Assembly (NCBI GenBank): GCA_012295275.1
Contig: CM022668.1
Coordinates: 14,322,001-14,386,000, forward strand
DNA length: 64,000 bases
Direction of reading: 5' to 3'
DNA from: Chrysomallon squamiferum
Lineage: Eukaryota > Animalia > Mollusca
Shown: piece after piece, positions 59,507 through 64,000 of the stretch
Numbering within the stretch: the first letter of the stretch is position 1
Layout of the letters: each line of letters starts with the position of its first letter
Notes under the pieces: generated by a model
What the model was told of the DNA's origin: nothing
Databases searched by the model: none
What the model saw: only the letters and a program-made list of their open reading frames with translations
Position numbers and translations under genes: made by a program

Positions 59507-61011
59507 CATCTCAGCAATAAATATCCATAAACACATTCAATACAAAATAAACACTTAAAGGCAGTGGTCCATCAATACCTTAAACTTTGATTTCAGAGCT
59601 CTGTCTGGAATGGGAAACAAACCAATGGCTAACCACTGATGATATGAACCAACAACCCTGTCACATTTTAGCTCTGGTCTAACCAAAAACCAATATCAAT
59701 ATGAACGTAATTATGTCACTCTACACCACAGTACGTACCATTTAATCCTCTTTGACACTAAGTCTTGGCTTAACTGACTTAGCTCTGGATTAAAAGCTTA
59801 GCTTAAGGATTATCATGTTTATTTTTCTTTATCTTTAGCCTTTGACAGCAGCTGTTTTTATCCTGTTTCTCTTACCCCTCCCTTCTTTTTTTTTTTTTTT
59901 TTTTTTTTTTAGTATCTATTTGGATTTATCTATTTTTATTTTTATTTTATTTATTTGTATATTTATTTTTTTTTTATGTATTATTTTCTTCATTATTTTA
60001 AAAGTATTCTATTTTGTGTTTCAATTTATATTTATTATTTAATCTAAATTATATTAAACGATTAAAGAATTTTTTTTTTCTTTGCTTAGATATTATATCA
60101 GAATGCTTAGAAATAAATTATTTAGTTATTTAGTTATTTATTAGTGATGAAAATGTATCTTTATGAAAGATAGAAAAAAGAAACAAAAGACAGATAATGA
60201 GAGACAGGAACAGAGAAGAACAGGAAGTAGAACAAACGACACAAAGAAAAAGAAAGAAAGAGAGAGAAGGAGAGCTAGACTGATAGACAGATAAAACCAG
60301 AAAAAGAGAGAAAAATAAGAGACAAAGAGAATGAGAAAGAGAAAAAGGGCGAAGGAAACAGACAGACAGAAAAAAGAAAAAAAATCAGAATGAAAGTAAA
60401 ACGACACACATCTACATCAGAAATCTCTCTCGAGCACAATCCATTCACCAAATTCTGTTTTATTACTGTATCATGTGTCTCTTGATCCTGATATAATTAC
60501 ACATCTTGAACAAGAAACTGTAAGAAAGAAATTAAACAGACACAGAAACCTCTCTCTAAGACATCCATTCACTAATGTCTTTATATTTCAGTATCATGTG
60601 TCCTGTGATCTGATATAATTACACATGTTGTAGAGTTACTCACACTTTCATACAGTTCTGCAAGAAATACTGCTGTATTCACAGATTCCACAGATGGCTA
60701 AGTCATCTGATGTTTTTTTTTTTTTTTTCTCCCCAAATCTCAGATTTCACAACAAGCAACTTTTTCCCTTCCGTAGATAATTATCCTGGAAAGACTTTTA
60801 CTGTAAACCATCTGTTATTTTCTTCCTTTTTTTTTTTATATATATATATATATATATATTTTTAATTTATTTATTTATCACTTTTATTTTATTTTATTTA
60901 TTATTATTACTCCTACTACTACTACTATTATTATTATTATTCTTATTATTTTCTATTATTTATTTATTTATTTATCATTTTATTTATTTATTTATTTATT
61001 TATTTATCATT

Positions 61012-61050
<39 letters not shown>

Positions 61051-63800
61051 TTATTATTATTTTAACCATCATTCTTTGTTTACAAACAGCCCATCACTAT
61101 TTTATGTTAATGGTTTATTTGTTTTTGATGTTTTTTTCATGCTGATGACTGAAGAGGAGAAACCTGCAACATTTACTTAGCTCAAAAAAACTACCACAAT
61201 CATTAATGAGACAATTAAAAGGCCACTGCGAAAAAATGGGCAAGATTAATAACAAAATAAAAACACAAAACTATCATTAATGACTACAAAAAGTACCTTT
61301 AATTATAAAATTTACATTTTCTTTATTATTTATAAAGAATAAAAAATAAAAAAAAAAAAGAAAAGGAGAAGAGTAATAATAATAAAAAAATAAATAAATA
61401 AAATTAAAAAAAAATTATGTTCAAAATAACATAATAAACACAGAAGCAAGAGTAATGAAATTATAAATATAGAAATAAATTAAATAACATATTTAAAGGA
61501 ATATTTACAAAAAATTATCAGGTTTTCTTTATTATTTATAAAGTATAAATATTAAAAAAAACCAAAAACAAAACAAAACAAAATAAACAAAAACCAAAAA
61601 AAAAACCAAATACCAACACAAACAAATAAATAAGGGGTAAAAAAGATTATGTTCAAAAGAACGTAATAAATTACAGCTATTAGTACTAAATTACCTAGAA
61701 CCTATTTATTTTTTTTAATTTTTAATTTTTTAAAGTGCTATAACTTAGAAGAAAAATGCAGCAAGGTTACAGAACAAATCTGCATGACAGATAGCAATTA
61801 TTGCATTCAGTTCCAGAATTCTTGTTGTGCTATTTCTTTTTCAAACCGGTGCCCTAGAAATCAACAAAGGCCTTGTTATGTACTTGCTGTTTTCCTTTTT
61901 TTTCCTTTTATAAATTTATTTATTTTTTAAATAATAATAATAATAATAAAAAAAAGAAGAAAATAAATAATCTCTCTTTCACATAAATAAACCTACTGCG
62001 CCTACACGAATGCAGAGAAAAAAGTAAATGTATTGCTATCATTGTAAGGCAATGTGTATACACATAACTTCTAACTATCTTAACTCTACAACTGCAGACA
62101 AATATATCACACTTACATACAATACACTGTTGTCAAACAGTGGATATTTAGTCTGGCTGGCTTTAACACTAAAAATCCTTTTCAATTCACTTGGCAGCAT
62201 ATAGGTTACAATTTGATACCTTGTAAAGTAGAAACTGAGAGAAAAAAAAACCCACACAAATGAAATTTAAAAAATTGAAGAAAAAATATGAAAAATAATT
62301 TTAAGAAATGAAGAAGAAGAAGAAGGAGGAGAAAAAAAAAATGGCTGTCATAATAATATCCTGTTCACAGGGTTTTAAAAAAAAAAAAATGTAACTTGAT
62401 TGAATAGATGTATCATGTGTAAAAATAGTAATAAAAGATCAGTTTGTGTGTAATATATGTGTTTGTGTGTGTGTCACTGTGTGTCTATATATATATATAT
62501 ATTATATATAGGCAATTCTGCAACGAAGGATGTTACATTTAAAGGAGCAAAAGGTCATATCAAACGTCGAGATTGCTATATTTCTAAAACATATTTAAAA
62601 AAAAAAAAAAAAAAAATAAAAGATAATAAGAATAAGAATCATAATATACACAAAAGTACAAAAGAAACTGAGAAAAGAAACCAAAAAAAAAAAAATAAAA
62701 TAAAATAAAATTTGAAAAGAAATAAAGTTGCCAATGGCAACATGTTTTACTCTGACCTGTCATCATTAAAGACCCACACATTTTTTTTTTAAATTTATTA
62801 TTACTTTGCTTAAACAAACTTTAATTATGTTTAAAAGCAGACCAGTCTGCAGGAATAAATTAAATAGTAATAAATAAATAAATACATAAATAAAAAATAT
62901 AAACTAAAATAAGAAATGAAATAAAATAACATAAAATAAAAATATACGGTGTATATCTGTTTAAGAAGAAACATCTAACTGTGTCTTAGTGGAGCTAACA
63001 TTGCAACTAGTCCCATACAATTTAATGAATGCTATTTCCCTTGGGGTAACAGAAGAAAGGGTAACAGAGATTATCTGCTTGAGAAGTAATGGGTCTTATT
63101 TTATTACTTTTAAGTCACACACACACACACACAAATAAATAAATAAATAAATAAATAAAAAAAAATAATTATAATAATTATAATAAAAATAATCAGAAAA
63201 ATAATTTAAAAAAAATATTTTAAAAATAGTCAAAATAATCTTCACGCAATTAACTACATTAAATTCAGTTTTCTCACTAAAACAAATAAGACAAATCAAC
63301 AAGAAGAATGTCAAACAAGAATGGAAACAAATGAAAATAAATTTTAAATAATTTAACTTTAAGAAACTCATTGAGTCACTGTGACATTCCTGTTCGCACA
63401 ACAACACAAGAACTCAATGCCTTTCTCCTTAAAACAGGTTCTCCCATTAACAAACAAACAAACAAGGTCAGGTAACTCCAGTCTACATTGTTTCCCCATG
63501 TCAAAGGTCGCTTCTGGGTGACATTAAAGAAAAGAAAAGTTAATGCCAAGGACAGGACTGTAAAATATATCTGTTAAACATTATGTGGCATTAAAGGCAG
63601 TGATAATGCCAAGAAATACCAATACATTACGACATGTGGTCAGTTTATTTAGACCATCAAATTCAAAATTTCAAAGTCTGAAATATGTTGCTAGGGGCGA
63701 CCATGATACTTTGGTCTCTGCTATTTATTCAACAGACAGATACAGTTATATTACTTTAGCTAATATATTGGTGTGTTCTTTATAATTCAATTTTCAATAC

Positions 63801-63847
<47 letters not shown>

Positions 63848-64000
63848 ATATATTCAAAAAGATAGCAGTGGTACATGAAAACAAATATTTAATATGAAAT
63901 ACAATGGCTCCTTGACTTAATATAATTAATGTTATCTCAAGAATTTGTAATGTCAGATTTAACATCTGGCACACATTCAACAATATTATAATGGGGTTCT

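Noticed and set aside
59620-59690. Faint tRNA-derived SINE-like fragment
   Set aside because: Too degenerate; no recognisable A/B boxes or cloverleaf.

Overview
Eukaryotic, very AT-rich, microsatellite-rich invertebrate genomic DNA (probably lophotrochozoan or mollusc; this is an inference). The whole window lies inside one minus-strand gene, a DIP2 (Disco-interacting protein 2; DIP2A/B/C family) ortholog. I traced by hand 35 coding exons from 45455 down to 735 (3844 nt, about 1280 aa). They run from the DMAP1-binding region (GDITQKGYEKKR) through both adenylate-forming (AMP-binding/FAAL-like) domains to SFGCRVNVGICLQ. The first coding exon lies beyond 64000 (intron >18.5 kb) and the last exons lie before position 1. 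Almost all ORFs in the supplied track are microsatellite artefacts or partial exon read-throughs. The most notable pattern is that at least seven splice junctions have been locally duplicated together with a few exonic bases, mostly as tandem arrays of 21-126 bp units, giving stacks of decoy donors and acceptors. Other observations: a reading-frame conflict in the CpG-rich exon 29114-29340, a candidate 33-nt in-frame microexon, a candidate poison exon, an in-frame alternative donor, TTAA-flanked MITE-like elements, hairpins, and a GATA-rich exon-like island in intron 1. No prokaryotic features, CRISPR arrays, rRNA or tRNA genes were seen.
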